A stretch of DNA of 33,064 nt from Candidatus Roizmanbacteria bacterium (lineage in GTDB: Bacteria > Patescibacteriota > Microgenomatia > UBA1406 > GWC2-37-13): positions 1 to 33,064 of the forward strand of contig JALWZV010000088.1 in the NCBI GenBank assembly GCA_027002315.1. Direction: 5' to 3'. Position numbers and translations under genes: made by a program. Positions 8,950 to 17,308 of this stretch are shown piece by piece (position 1 is the first letter of the stretch; each line of letters starts with the position of its first letter). The notes beneath the pieces are model-generated. The model was not told the DNA's origin and did no database searches. It saw nothing but the letters and a program-made list of their open reading frames with translations.

Positions 8950-9236
8950 TTATTTTATCCTTCTTTGCTCATCAATGACTTTATCTGTTCTCAACAGCTC
9001 TTTCTTGTTTTTACCTGAAAGTATTTGCTTAATAACGAGAAATCTAACTATTTTATTAGTATGATTCACGAAAGTATGAGATGTGTTTTCTGTTTCAATT
9101 AAATCTCCCGTACGAACAATTTCTTGAAATACCTTTTCATTCTCTTTCCATCTAACACTTAACTCTCCCTCTATACAACCCTTACTCCTTCCGGTTTATT
9201 TACATGAATGGCGTCCTTTTTACGAATGATTTTCAT
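8950..9236 (-). pseudogene. Possible cupin-fold gene remnant (frame break or internal deletion)
   Basis: ATG at 9234-9236 gives MKIIRKKDAIHVNKPEGVRVV and then TAG (9171-9173). A different frame continues as ...EGELSVRWKENEKVFQEIVRTGDLIETENTSHTFVNHTNKIVRFLVIK...* with its stop at 8950-8952. The two pieces resemble the N-terminus and motif-2 half of a small cupin; the ~30 aa carrying motif 1 are missing. Confidence 0.35.
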
Positions 9237-9239
9237 TTT

Positions 9240-9959
9240 TTAATTCAAGAATCGTGTTGTTGATACTATCCTGTCAAACATAGATTCTTCTTTTTGAGGT
9301 ATTTCTTGAGGTTCTCTATTATAAGAATATTGTTTTAAATTATCCTGTGGTAATTCCCATAAAACAAAGATTAAGTAATTTGACGATTGTGGAACAGCTA
9401 TCTCGTACTTAACATACGACTGTGGAATATTACCTCCAATAGCTCCGATTTTACCCTTTATCTTCATTGCTTCCTGATTATTAATTGTGATTTTTTTTAC
9501 TAAACTTGTCATCGGACAGTCTCCACGACAGTCTTTATAAGAATGATTAGAGATATACCAATAAATATTATGGTTAAGCAATGGTAAATCTTCTCTTAAC
9601 TTTCCTAATATATAAATTGAGGGATACTGGAAACTAAACCTGTATTGTGAATCTGTGTATGTTTTCCAATTTATAGTCGAACTATTTGTTAAAGTTGGTG
9701 ATCTTGAAATTAAAGGTTTTAATGTAACAGAAGGTTTATTGGCTGGATTTGGAGTTATCTGTATTTGTGTATTTTTTATTGACAACATCTGCTCTTCAAT
9801 AGATGAAATCTTTTGCTTTAACATGTTTATCTTTCTTTCATTTGTAGACTTCTGCCAAAAATAAACAGCAGATCCAACGATTATCGCTGTTAATAAAACA
9901 CTAATAATAATCATTACTATATGTTTATTTGAATCGTGATATTGAGCTTGTTCTTCCAT
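9240..9959 (-). CDS. Hypothetical N-terminally anchored extracytoplasmic protein
   Basis: 239-aa ORF with the TM 'IVMIIISVLLTAIIVGSAVYF', a coiled segment and a Ser/Thr/Pro-rich linker. No family recognised. Confidence 0.5.
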   Translation of the reverse strand: MEEQAQYHDSNKHIVMIIISVLLTAIIVGSAVYFWQKSTNERKINMLKQKISSIEEQMLSIKNTQIQITPNPANKPSVTLKPLISRSPTLTNSSTINWKTYTDSQYRFSFQYPSIYILGKLREDLPLLNHNIYWYISNHSYKDCRGDCPMTSLVKKITINNQEAMKIKGKIGAIGGNIPQSYVKYEIAVPQSSNYLIFVLWELPQDNLKQYSYNREPQEIPQKEESMFDRIVSTTRFLN

Positions 9960-10105
9960 AGTTTTATTAAAAACGTTTATTACACTAAACCAAATTTAAA
10001 TACTAGTATACAACAAACTAACTAACAAACAATCCACGACCCTACGATCAGTAACTTAAGTAAAATCTGAATATTCTGTATCAAAGTTAAGACTTTACTC
10101 TTATC

Positions 10106-11458
10106 TCAGTTTAATAGGTAAATGGCCTTCTCTGTGCGATAATCAAAATTGTTTATTTCTTGTGTACTGTTATTTGAAAGATTCATTATATAATAACGCC
10201 AATGTGATTTAACTGAACCAGAATTATTCTCAGCTTCCCAATTTCCATAAAGTAGATATCTTCTATCTAAAGAGATGTCTAAAGTACTAATATTCTGGGT
10301 ACCTAATTCCATCTTTTTTATCCGTGTTTTTGCTCCATCTGTAAGATTAATTGCCCAAATACCAGGATCTTTTTTTACTACTCCATAAATAACTTCAGAG
10401 CTACTAACAACAATAGGGTTATTATTATTTGATTGAGCATCGGATACAGAAAATGGTATAACTGGAACTTCTTCCAGATTACTATCTAATTCTTTATAAG
10501 AATTATCTACCAAATTAATTATCCCTACTTTCCAATTAATCGGAGTTTTCTTTCCACCATACCAACTCTCTGTAAAAAAAACAATCATCTTTGTCTCATT
10601 GGGAGATGGATAAACGCTGAAATCATAAGCCTTATCTTTATTTGTAAAAACCTCTGTCTGAGTGCCATCTTGAACATTAACCTTTATCAAATCAAACGCT
10701 CTTCTGAAATATAAAAATTTTGCATTAGGTGAAACAGAAACCAATTCGCCTGAAAAAGAAGTAAGGGTTGTAGTTAGTTTCTCTTTCTTCGTACTTAAAT
10801 TATAAATATAAAGCATATGTTCACGAGATGAACGTGAATCAATTACTTTATCATAGGCTAAATATTTACCATTTGACGACCACTGAGGTTTAGTAAATTT
10901 CCAAACTCCGTTTGTAACCAAGAGTTTAGTTCTGCTTTGAAAATCATAAATCCAAAGTTCGGTCTGACCTACATTAGCATGATATTCCTTCTCACACTCG
11001 CTATTTAACATTGTTATATAAGCTATTTGTGTCTTGTCAGGAGACAAACTAGGGACTAAATAACAACCATCAACTTTGATTAACTCTTTTTTTTCACCCG
11101 TTTGCACATTGAGTGAACTTAGAGTCACGCTTCCGTTTTTTTGATGCTTAGAATAATCAGATATCTTTCTCTTGACAAACAACACCATTGGCATCGTTTT
11201 TGTAACTTTCTGTTGAGTTTGTGTTGGAAACTGAGTTGCCTGTTTAGAAACAGTAACTTGTCCTAAAGAACTTTTTTTATCCTTACCCCCCAATTTAAAA
11301 ACTAACCATGCCAAGCTTATTACCAATATAAATAAAAAAAATGTAGCAACCATCCAGTAGTTTACTCTTAATTTATTAGAAAAACTGGTAGGTTGATTGA
11401 GACCCTCTTGCTTTACATGTTGAGCGCTCTGATTATTTATAACTATCTGATTTTCCAT
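10106..11458 (-). CDS. Membrane-anchored TolB-like beta-propeller protein
   Basis: N-terminal TM 'WMVATFFLFILVISLAWLVF'. Repeated WD40-like propeller signatures PSLSPDKTQIAY, PQWSSNGKYLAY, VSVSPNAKFLYF and PSPNETKMIVF. Confidence 0.6.
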   Translation of the reverse strand: MENQIVINNQSAQHVKQEGLNQPTSFSNKLRVNYWMVATFFLFILVISLAWLVFKLGGKDKKSSLGQVTVSKQATQFPTQTQQKVTKTMPMVLFVKRKISDYSKHQKNGSVTLSSLNVQTGEKKELIKVDGCYLVPSLSPDKTQIAYITMLNSECEKEYHANVGQTELWIYDFQSRTKLLVTNGVWKFTKPQWSSNGKYLAYDKVIDSRSSREHMLYIYNLSTKKEKLTTTLTSFSGELVSVSPNAKFLYFRRAFDLIKVNVQDGTQTEVFTNKDKAYDFSVYPSPNETKMIVFFTESWYGGKKTPINWKVGIINLVDNSYKELDSNLEEVPVIPFSVSDAQSNNNNPIVVSSSEVIYGVVKKDPGIWAINLTDGAKTRIKKMELGTQNISTLDISLDRRYLLYGNWEAENNSGSVKSHWRYYIMNLSNNSTQEINNFDYRTEKAIYLLN

Positions 11459-11608
11459 TTTTTATCTCTTAAATAGAGGATACCATATTTTCTTTTTAAA
11501 ACTAGTCAATAAATACATAAGATTATACCGCTAACTGAAATCCTAAAGAGGTTTAGTTCTAACATATAAAGAAAAGGCTTATTGTAAACAAACTACGATC
11601 TTATCCAG

Positions 11609-11944
11609 TTACTTTCTCTTAGCATAAGCAAGCATAAAAAAACGAAAATACTCCCTGAGCCATCTTTCAGTTAAATTAAACGGGTTTTTACCTACAAAAT
11701 ACTCTCCTAACATCTCATTCAATCGGCACAATTCTTTGAGAGAGTTCTTGTTTTTGCCATCTTCTATTGTGTAGTGTAAAAGTTCAAGGCCACGGTATAA
11801 TGATGCCAATTTCATCTTCTCATCTTTTTTTCTTGCAAAATCCAGCGCCCTCTCTATCTCTGATCCAACATTGCTCATCTGTTCTTCTAATGAACGTCTA
11901 AACCAATCTCTTTTTGAAAAACCTTTATGGAGTGTCATCTTCAA
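11609..11944 (-). CDS. Hypothetical all-helical 111-aa protein, overlapping the upstream DUF5674 gene
   Basis: ORF track. Overlaps the 3' end of the 11925..12284 gene by 20 nt (14 nt if Met3 is used). No motif recognised. Confidence 0.5.
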   Translation of the reverse strand: MKMTLHKGFSKRDWFRRSLEEQMSNVGSEIERALDFARKKDEKMKLASLYRGLELLHYTIEDGKNKNSLKELCRLNEMLGEYFVGKNPFNLTERWLREYFRFFMLAYAKRK

Positions 11945-12284
11945 CTAAAAAACTAACAACCTCTATTATCTTATCTTTTATACCTTTATCTTCAACCGTT
12001 CGTGATAAATTGTTTTGTGACGGTCTCAAATTAATTATTGAGTCTATCTCTATCCAACTTTTATCTGGATACTTTTCCGGATATAAATTTATTCCCCAAA
12101 GATTATTTTGTTTACTTCCTTTACTAAGCAAAACACTTTCTTCATCTGCATGAAGTTGTCCCCCAATAATCATAACCTCTCTTTCTATATCCACAACGCC
12201 CTTAATTAATGCTCCGTACATATCTAAAGACAACTTTTTAAGAAGGCTTAATTTTACTTTTCTTTTTTTTGATACCAGCACCAT
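11925..12284 (-). CDS. DUF5674-family protein
   Basis: 'GALIKGVVDIEREVMIIGGQLHADEESVLLSKGSKQNNLWGINLYPEK...IEIDSIINLRPSQNNLSRTVED' matches my recollection of the DUF5674 consensus (..VVDIEK.IMAIGGELHADEE..LLE.GS.Q..LWGIN.YP...IEFDSMINIRP). Confidence 0.55.
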   Translation of the reverse strand: MVLVSKKRKVKLSLLKKLSLDMYGALIKGVVDIEREVMIIGGQLHADEESVLLSKGSKQNNLWGINLYPEKYPDKSWIEIDSIINLRPSQNNLSRTVEDKGIKDKIIEVVSFLVEDDTP

Positions 12285-12336
12285 GATAATCTAATTTTAG
12301 CAAATTAATTAAAGATTCTCGATTTAACCAAGAAAG

Positions 12337-12606
12337 TTATCTACTAATCTTGTGGTACTTGACCCATGAAAAGTACTTAACAGGAAAATCTTCTCCTGTA
12401 GCCCTCTCTATTAGTACAACAAAAGATGGTTCTATATCAAATGATGTTTTATAATATCCATCTGGAGTTGGCCCAGAAGCGCAAGAATAAGAAGGAACTT
12501 TACACCCAACATAAACAGGAAACAGAGCAATAACGAGTAATATCGTTATTATTAAAGCCCAGATATGTTTTTTAATAAAACTTTTTAGATTCTCCTTCTT
12601 AATCAT
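12337..12606 (-). CDS. Small N-terminally anchored protein, unknown function
   Basis: 89-aa ORF with the TM 'IWALIITILLVIALFPVYV' and two Cys. TATAAT (12619-12624) lies 12 nt upstream of the ATG. Confidence 0.45.
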   Translation of the reverse strand: MIKKENLKSFIKKHIWALIITILLVIALFPVYVGCKVPSYSCASGPTPDGYYKTSFDIEPSFVVLIERATGEDFPVKYFSWVKYHKISR

Positions 12607-12647
12607 GGATCTACTCTAATTATACATTAACCTACAAAAGTGTTAAG

Positions 12648-13022
12648 TTAAAGATTGAAAAAGTCCGTTTTCTTATTTCTATCTATCAATTTATGAGCTT
12701 GTCTCATTTCTTCTGGAGTATAAATATGGATTATCTTAAACTTCCCAGATGTTGTTTTTTTAACATTATCGTGATGAATCTCAATTATATGGATTAGCCC
12801 CCAATAAAGCCATTTCCCATTAATGTTTTGGACTAAAAAGTTACGAACGGGAGGCAACTTATACACTCTGACCCCAGGCTTATTCTTAAACTCAAAAACC
12901 ACATTGCTAAAATCAGAGGCTTTAAATGGTTTTACCTTGTGTTTTTCGTAAACTAAAGCTTTCGGAAAGCCTTGTTCTCTGGTTATCTGTAAAGTGTCAT
13001 TTATCTCTACTAAACTTCCCAT
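12648..13022 (-). CDS. Conserved hypothetical protein (about 124 aa from the ATG at 13022)
   Basis: The ORF track starts at a TTG (13055) overlapping the cupin gene. The ATG at 13020-13022 (MGSLVEIND...) is preceded by an extended -10, TGTATAAT (13032-13039), 9 nt upstream. Confidence 0.5.
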   Translation of the reverse strand: MGSLVEINDTLQITREQGFPKALVYEKHKVKPFKASDFSNVVFEFKNKPGVRVYKLPPVRNFLVQNINGKWLYWGLIHIIEIHHDNVKKTTSGKFKIIHIYTPEEMRQAHKLIDRNKKTDFFNL

Positions 13023-13047
13023 AATATCAAAATTATACACTAATAAG

Positions 13048-13389
13048 TCAATCAATAATTTTGTGTTGTTCTAGACTCCATCTTGGTACATTAACCAAAG
13101 CTAAAAATAATTTTTTGCCCTCCACCCAGTACTTTTCTCCCTTCTCAAAAAAGTAAAAGTCACCTTCTTCTATATTGAAATCTCCTTTGTCTGAATGAAT
13201 AATTCCTGACCCAGAAATAACATAATAAATCTCCTCACACTCTAGATTTGTAACCCTCTTTTTGTCTGGATAACGTCCGTTAATAAGGGTTGTGGCAAAA
13301 CTCAAATTCTCACTCGGCACACGATACTCCCAAACCGTACAGTCTTTGGAGTTTTGTATTTTAATAGCTTTATCCTTTTTCACTAACAT
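13048..13389 (-). CDS. Cupin-domain protein
   Basis: 113 aa. 'EEIYYVISGSGIIHSD...IEEGDFYFFEKGEKYW' has the pattern of a small single-domain cupin. TATAAT (13397-13402) lies 7 nt before the ATG. Confidence 0.65.
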   Translation of the reverse strand: MLVKKDKAIKIQNSKDCTVWEYRVPSENLSFATTLINGRYPDKKRVTNLECEEIYYVISGSGIIHSDKGDFNIEEGDFYFFEKGEKYWVEGKKLFLALVNVPRWSLEQHKIID

Positions 13390-13449
13390 AAAAATTATTA
13401 TATCTTACTCCAAGTTCTTTTACTATCAGAAACTCCCTAAACCCGTTCT

Positions 13450-13845
13450 TTAAGCAAATTTAAGTTGAGGAATAATACGAAAATGTTTTTTGTTGAAAGT
13501 TAGAAGAGGAGCATCAAGATACAAAGCCGTTGCTCCAATTAAAAGATCAGCCAAATGAATATGTTGATAGAGTTTTTTTTCATAATTCAATTTAGCTGCG
13601 ATCTTGGTTATAGAACTATTTACATTCTCAACCTCAAACAGCCTTAATAAAGCGCTGCTTTGCTCATAAAGATCTTTCTCTTTTGGATCAATACCAGTAA
13701 AATACTCAAAAATTGTTATGACAGAAATTTTTAGCCTTATATCTTTCTTCTTGGCTAAATTAAAATACTTATCTAAAAAATTAGAGTCAGTTTTTACGTG
13801 GTTTATAATGACATCTGTGTCAACAAGGATTATTTTATTAGCCAT
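13450..13845 (-). CDS. vapC: PIN-domain toxin (VapC-like)
   Basis: 'IILVDTDVIINH' (first acidic residue), 'TIFEY', 'DLLIGATAL' and 'LLTFNKKHF'. Overlaps the upstream antitoxin gene by 16 nt. Confidence 0.8.
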   Translation of the reverse strand: MANKIILVDTDVIINHVKTDSNFLDKYFNLAKKKDIRLKISVITIFEYFTGIDPKEKDLYEQSSALLRLFEVENVNSSITKIAAKLNYEKKLYQHIHLADLLIGATALYLDAPLLTFNKKHFRIIPQLKFA

Positions 13846-14120
13846 TTTCTTATGGTTTTTAAGTAATTTTTCTCTTGTCGTATAACTCTCTTATCCTCTT
13901 GATAAGGAAAAAGATTGGCTCTTTTTTTTAAAATTCCTCGTGTCTTTTCTATAATTGCCTCCTTATCCTCAAATGAAGGTACATAACCAGGGTAAATCTT
14001 TAAGACTATTTTATTTCTCCTTTTCACCCAAACTTCTTTTTTTTCAATATTAACCCAATTAATTAACTCAAACCATTTATTTCTGGCTGTAGTCGCAGAG
14101 ATTATTTTTATATTTCTCAT
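13830..14120 (-). CDS. Type II antitoxin (Phd/YefM-like) paired with VapC
   Basis: 96 aa. 'ISATTARNKWFELINWV..EKKEVWVKRRNKIVLKIYP' is a Phd/YefM-like N-terminus. The position and overlap with the PIN gene support the call. Confidence 0.65.
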   Translation of the reverse strand: MRNIKIISATTARNKWFELINWVNIEKKEVWVKRRNKIVLKIYPGYVPSFEDKEAIIEKTRGILKKRANLFPYQEDKRVIRQEKNYLKTIRKWLIK

Positions 14121-14128
14121 ACATGTCC

Positions 14129-14134
14129 ATTATA
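14129..14134 (-). promoter_or_regulatory. -10 box (TATAAT) 8 nt upstream of the antitoxin ATG
   Basis: Plus-strand attata at 14129-14134. No Shine-Dalgarno sequence between it and the ATG at 14120. Confidence 0.4.
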
Positions 14135-14318
14135 GCCAAAATGTACACTCATGTCAAAAGGGTGTGTAAAGCAAAAATTATATATGTTGATATAAAAGTG
14201 TTCCCTATGCATCTCAATTTGCATAAGTTGTCCTTTTGTATAAGGCCTTACTTTTTTACCGATATCTTTGCTCAAGGTTATTCTTAGAGGTGGATGGCGC
14301 TTTGAATCCTCAGATCAT

Positions 14319-14804
14319 CTATTTAGAAAACTTCTCTATCAACTTAAACGCTTCTTTAGACATCATTTTCAAGAAACTAAGATCATCAGCTTTCGGCGGA
14401 AACGATCCATACTTGAGAATAATTTCTACTACATCTTGGTCAAAAATACTCAATTTATCAGCAACTTGAAATATCTTCCCTTCAATTGTTTTAGGGTTTT
14501 TATCACTGCCATGATTTAAAACACAGTCTTCTAAAACATCACTTACTTCGTACCCTAACTCTTTTAAAATAGGAACAGCATAATCAGCGTGATGTTTAAA
14601 ATCAACAGAGTATCCTATGTCGTGAACCCAGCCTGCAATTTCAAAAATATCACTGTAAATGCCTAACTTTTGAGCTATCATTTTTGCCACCCTGCCGACT
14701 TTTTCGGAATGCACAAGAAAGAAATCCCTCTGATCAGCAGGATTTATCTTGCAAGACATATCCATAGCAATTTGCTTGGCTTTTGATAAATTTAGTGTTT
14801 TCAT
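14319..14804 (-). CDS. HD-domain metal-dependent phosphohydrolase
   Basis: 'HSEKVGRVAKMIA' and 'AGWVHDIGY' form an H...HD motif. Confidence 0.8.
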   Translation of the reverse strand: MKTLNLSKAKQIAMDMSCKINPADQRDFFLVHSEKVGRVAKMIAQKLGIYSDIFEIAGWVHDIGYSVDFKHHADYAVPILKELGYEVSDVLEDCVLNHGSDKNPKTIEGKIFQVADKLSIFDQDVVEIILKYGSFPPKADDLSFLKMMSKEAFKLIEKFSK

Positions 14805-15030
14805 ATTGGCTTTTTTGACAAATCCCTATTCAAAATCTACACAACGTTTGCGTACATTTTGTGTTTTCCAATCTCTTGTTTATTTTATCAAATCTCGACA
14901 AGGTATTGGTAAAAACTATACATAATAAGATTTTTGATAAGCCTGAACGAAACTGAGTTTCAAATTGTGGTGACTGTAAAAGAAGCAAATTTGAGACAAT
15001 AAATCAAAAATAAACCAAGTTTAAAAACTT

Positions 15031-15888
15031 TCATACCTTAAATATTTTCTTAAACTTGATATAACCCTGTTTGAAACTGACTGGTCGTCCCTGCACAGCA
15101 TTTTTCATAATGGAAAGCGGTATTCTTTTGAAATATAGTTGCGACCTTTCTAGCATCGTCCTATCTTTTCTTCCAGAGTACAATGTAAAAACCTTTTCTA
15201 CAAACTTAGCCCCATACTCAAATAAACCGCTAAAATCAACAGCCGCATCTGTAAAAGCACGGTCAGAAAAATCAATAATATTCACTTGTTCCCTTTTATG
15301 ATCCCATAAAATATGCTCCCAACTTAAGTCACTATGAGTCAGAACACTTGTATAATCGCAGCTGAGAGCCTTTCTCAAATGCGTAAAGTATTCTTCAATA
15401 ACCTGAATTTCTTGTTCTTTGAGTCGCGGAAAAACAAGTTTTTCAATATCACGAACTAGAGCTTGGTGTTGCTCTTTCTGGTCTTCAAATCGGACACTGT
15501 GCTTGACAGCAACTGACTTTGGCATAGCATGAAGCGTTGAGATAAACTCAGCAAGCTGTTTGGCTACTTTGTTTTTATCTGAAACAGAAAGTTTAAAAAA
15601 ATCCGATGCGGTAAGTTCTCGACCATGCACCACATCATATCCAGCAAATGATTTGTCTTTGGAAACGTACTTGTAATCTGGAATGCCCACTTTAACTTTC
15701 TTTTTTAAGTAGCTGAGTAGCTGTATTTCGTCTTTGAGCCGAGATAAATACTCTTTACTTTTTGGGAAGCGAAAAATAATCTTCTCGTCCAAAACAATAA
15801 CTACATGATCAAAACCATGAGTAAGCACATGATGCTTCTCCCACTTTATTTGAGGAAAATTATGTTTTATCTTCTGTATAAAAAACAA
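15031..15888 (-). CDS. Aminoglycoside/choline-kinase-type phosphotransferase (APH family)
   Basis: 'THSDLSWEHILWD' is the catalytic loop HxDxxxxN with His in place of the usual Asn. 'IIDFSD' is the DFG-like Mg site. The TTG start lies 3 nt after the dfx stop. Confidence 0.75.
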   Translation of the reverse strand: MFFIQKIKHNFPQIKWEKHHVLTHGFDHVVIVLDEKIIFRFPKSKEYLSRLKDEIQLLSYLKKKVKVGIPDYKYVSKDKSFAGYDVVHGRELTASDFFKLSVSDKNKVAKQLAEFISTLHAMPKSVAVKHSVRFEDQKEQHQALVRDIEKLVFPRLKEQEIQVIEEYFTHLRKALSCDYTSVLTHSDLSWEHILWDHKREQVNIIDFSDRAFTDAAVDFSGLFEYGAKFVEKVFTLYSGRKDRTMLERSQLYFKRIPLSIMKNAVQGRPVSFKQGYIKFKKIFKV

Positions 15889-15891
15889 TTG

Positions 15892-16272
15892 TCAAGTCTT
15901 AGACTTCCACAAACCATGTAAATTATAATACTCTCTTGTCTCAACCTCTTCTGCCTTAACCTCAAACTCTGCTTCTGGTTTATCAGTGGGTTCCAAAAAC
16001 TTTCGATAGGTTACTCCATCAGCCAATATTTCCACCCATTCTATGTAATGTTTTTCCTCCATCGGATGAGAAATTGACCCAACCTTAACTTTTACACCTG
16101 CGTCTGTTTTTTCCAACACAGGAACGTGTTTTTCTCCACCGATATCTTCAGTCTTTTCTTCCAACAGCTTCATCGGTTGGCCGCAGCAAGCAAGCTGGCC
16201 ACCACCAGCATGTAAAACCTCAATGATATTACCGCAAACAAGACATTTATAAATTTGTCTTTGTTTTATCAT
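15892..16272 (-). CDS. dfx: Desulfoferrodoxin (2Fe superoxide reductase) with a Tyr at the active-site Cys position
   Basis: Centre I 'CLVCGN...LACCGQPM'. Centre II His ligands in 'EKHVPV' and '[11 protein letters not shown]', plus the C-terminal 'NLHGLWK'. The canonical 'YCNLHG' reads 'YYNLHG' here, with TAT at 15925-15927. Confidence 0.85.
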   Translation of the reverse strand: MIKQRQIYKCLVCGNIIEVLHAGGGQLACCGQPMKLLEEKTEDIGGEKHVPVLEKTDAGVKVKVGSISHPMEEKHYIEWVEILADGVTYRKFLEPTDKPEAEFEVKAEEVETREYYNLHGLWKSKT

Positions 16273-16365
16273 ATCATATTAATTTTTTAACTTATAATCA
16301 TGCTTTTATTATTAATAGACTGATACAAAACTTTCAAACTTATCTTAGAACTCTCTTTTCATTTT

Positions 16366-16854
16366 CTACTTACTAAAAAATTTCTTCAACCTTTGTGTTG
16401 CCAGCTCCACTTTATGTAAATTCGTTTTTGTTTTCATGTTCTGTCTTGCATATTCCATAATAGGACGAACAGAACCTATTTTATGTCCAAACTTTCCATC
16501 TTTCATCCAATTATACCGCGGAAACATCCAGACGTGAAAATGATGCTCAGTATCCTCTTCTTGCACAAAATACACTGTATTTACCTTCAATACTTCCCGC
16601 ACAGCTTTACGAACACTACACAAAAACTTTATAAAATCTTTTTGATCGTCGCTATTCAACTTGTCTATGCTGTTCAAATGTCTTTTGGAGACAATGATAA
16701 TAAATCCAGGGATGGGGATTTCATAATCCTGCTAAGCAGTAAAGTACTTGCTTGATGTTATGATACCTCCTGGTGTTTTAACAATCCTCTGCTGTATGGC
16801 ACAACTCAAACACTTAACCTCCTTAGGATTGTTATATATGTCTACTATCTGCAT
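16366..16854 (-). pseudogene. HIT-family (histidine triad) protein interrupted by one in-frame TAG
   Basis: ATG at 16852-16854 gives MQIVDIYNNPKEVKCLSCAIQQRIVKTPGGIITSSKYFTA, then TAG (16732-16734), then QDYEIPIPGFIIIVSKRHLNSIDKL... in the same frame. That frame runs into the ORF-track ORF 16366..16677, which carries the triad 'EHHFHVWMFP'. Confidence 0.7.
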
Positions 16855-16863
16855 AAAATAACG

Positions 16864-17298
16864 TTATCTATATAACGAAAATTTTTTAGTAAACTCTTTA
16901 ATTTCTGTTGTAGAACCAAATAAAACAATAGCATAATACTCTAATTCTGCTTCCGGTGTATTTTCAGTCGCATCACGTTGTTCCTGTGATGTACCAATAG
17001 TCATGGTATTTGTAAAGTCAGCAAATGGAATATTCCTTTTTATGCATTCCTGACGCACTGTACGAATTTTATTTGAGTTATCAGCCCGTAATACAATGAA
17101 GGGGAAATGAGAAATGTTAGGATGTATGTTCCCATCTCTGTCTTTGTACTGTAAAAAACACATCTTGCTTGCATTATTTGATCCGCCAGCGAGACCGGCT
17201 GTTATGTGTCCTAAAGCATTCATAAGGCGTCCAACCTGAATCTTTTTGTTAAGAATAGCGACAAATCTTCGTGAATTCTCGTCTGGCAACGCTGTCAT
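16864..17298 (-). CDS. DUF2000-family protein
   Basis: 'FVAILNKKIQVGRLMNALGHITAGLAGG' and 'YKDRDGNIHPNISHFPFIVLRA' resemble DUF2000. Called from memory of the family. Confidence 0.6.
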   Translation of the reverse strand: MTALPDENSRRFVAILNKKIQVGRLMNALGHITAGLAGGSNNASKMCFLQYKDRDGNIHPNISHFPFIVLRADNSNKIRTVRQECIKRNIPFADFTNTMTIGTSQEQRDATENTPEAELEYYAIVLFGSTTEIKEFTKKFSLYR

Positions 17299-17308
17299 AA
17301 ATAAGATT

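Noticed and set aside
14206-14225. Inverted repeat TATGCA-N8-TGCATA upstream of the vapB-like gene, as a candidate antitoxin operator.
   Set aside because: It lies about 70 nt upstream of the -10 box rather than overlapping the promoter, and 6-bp AT-rich arms are expected by chance in this composition.
16732-16734. Stop-codon reassignment or an alternative genetic code (UAG or UGA recoding, as in some candidate phyla).
   Set aside because: Long uninterrupted ORFs with correct family motifs are obtained under the standard code. TAG (pilD, tagA), TGA (dfx, cupin, the 714-aa gene) and TAA all terminate genes at sensible lengths. Only one in-frame stop was found.
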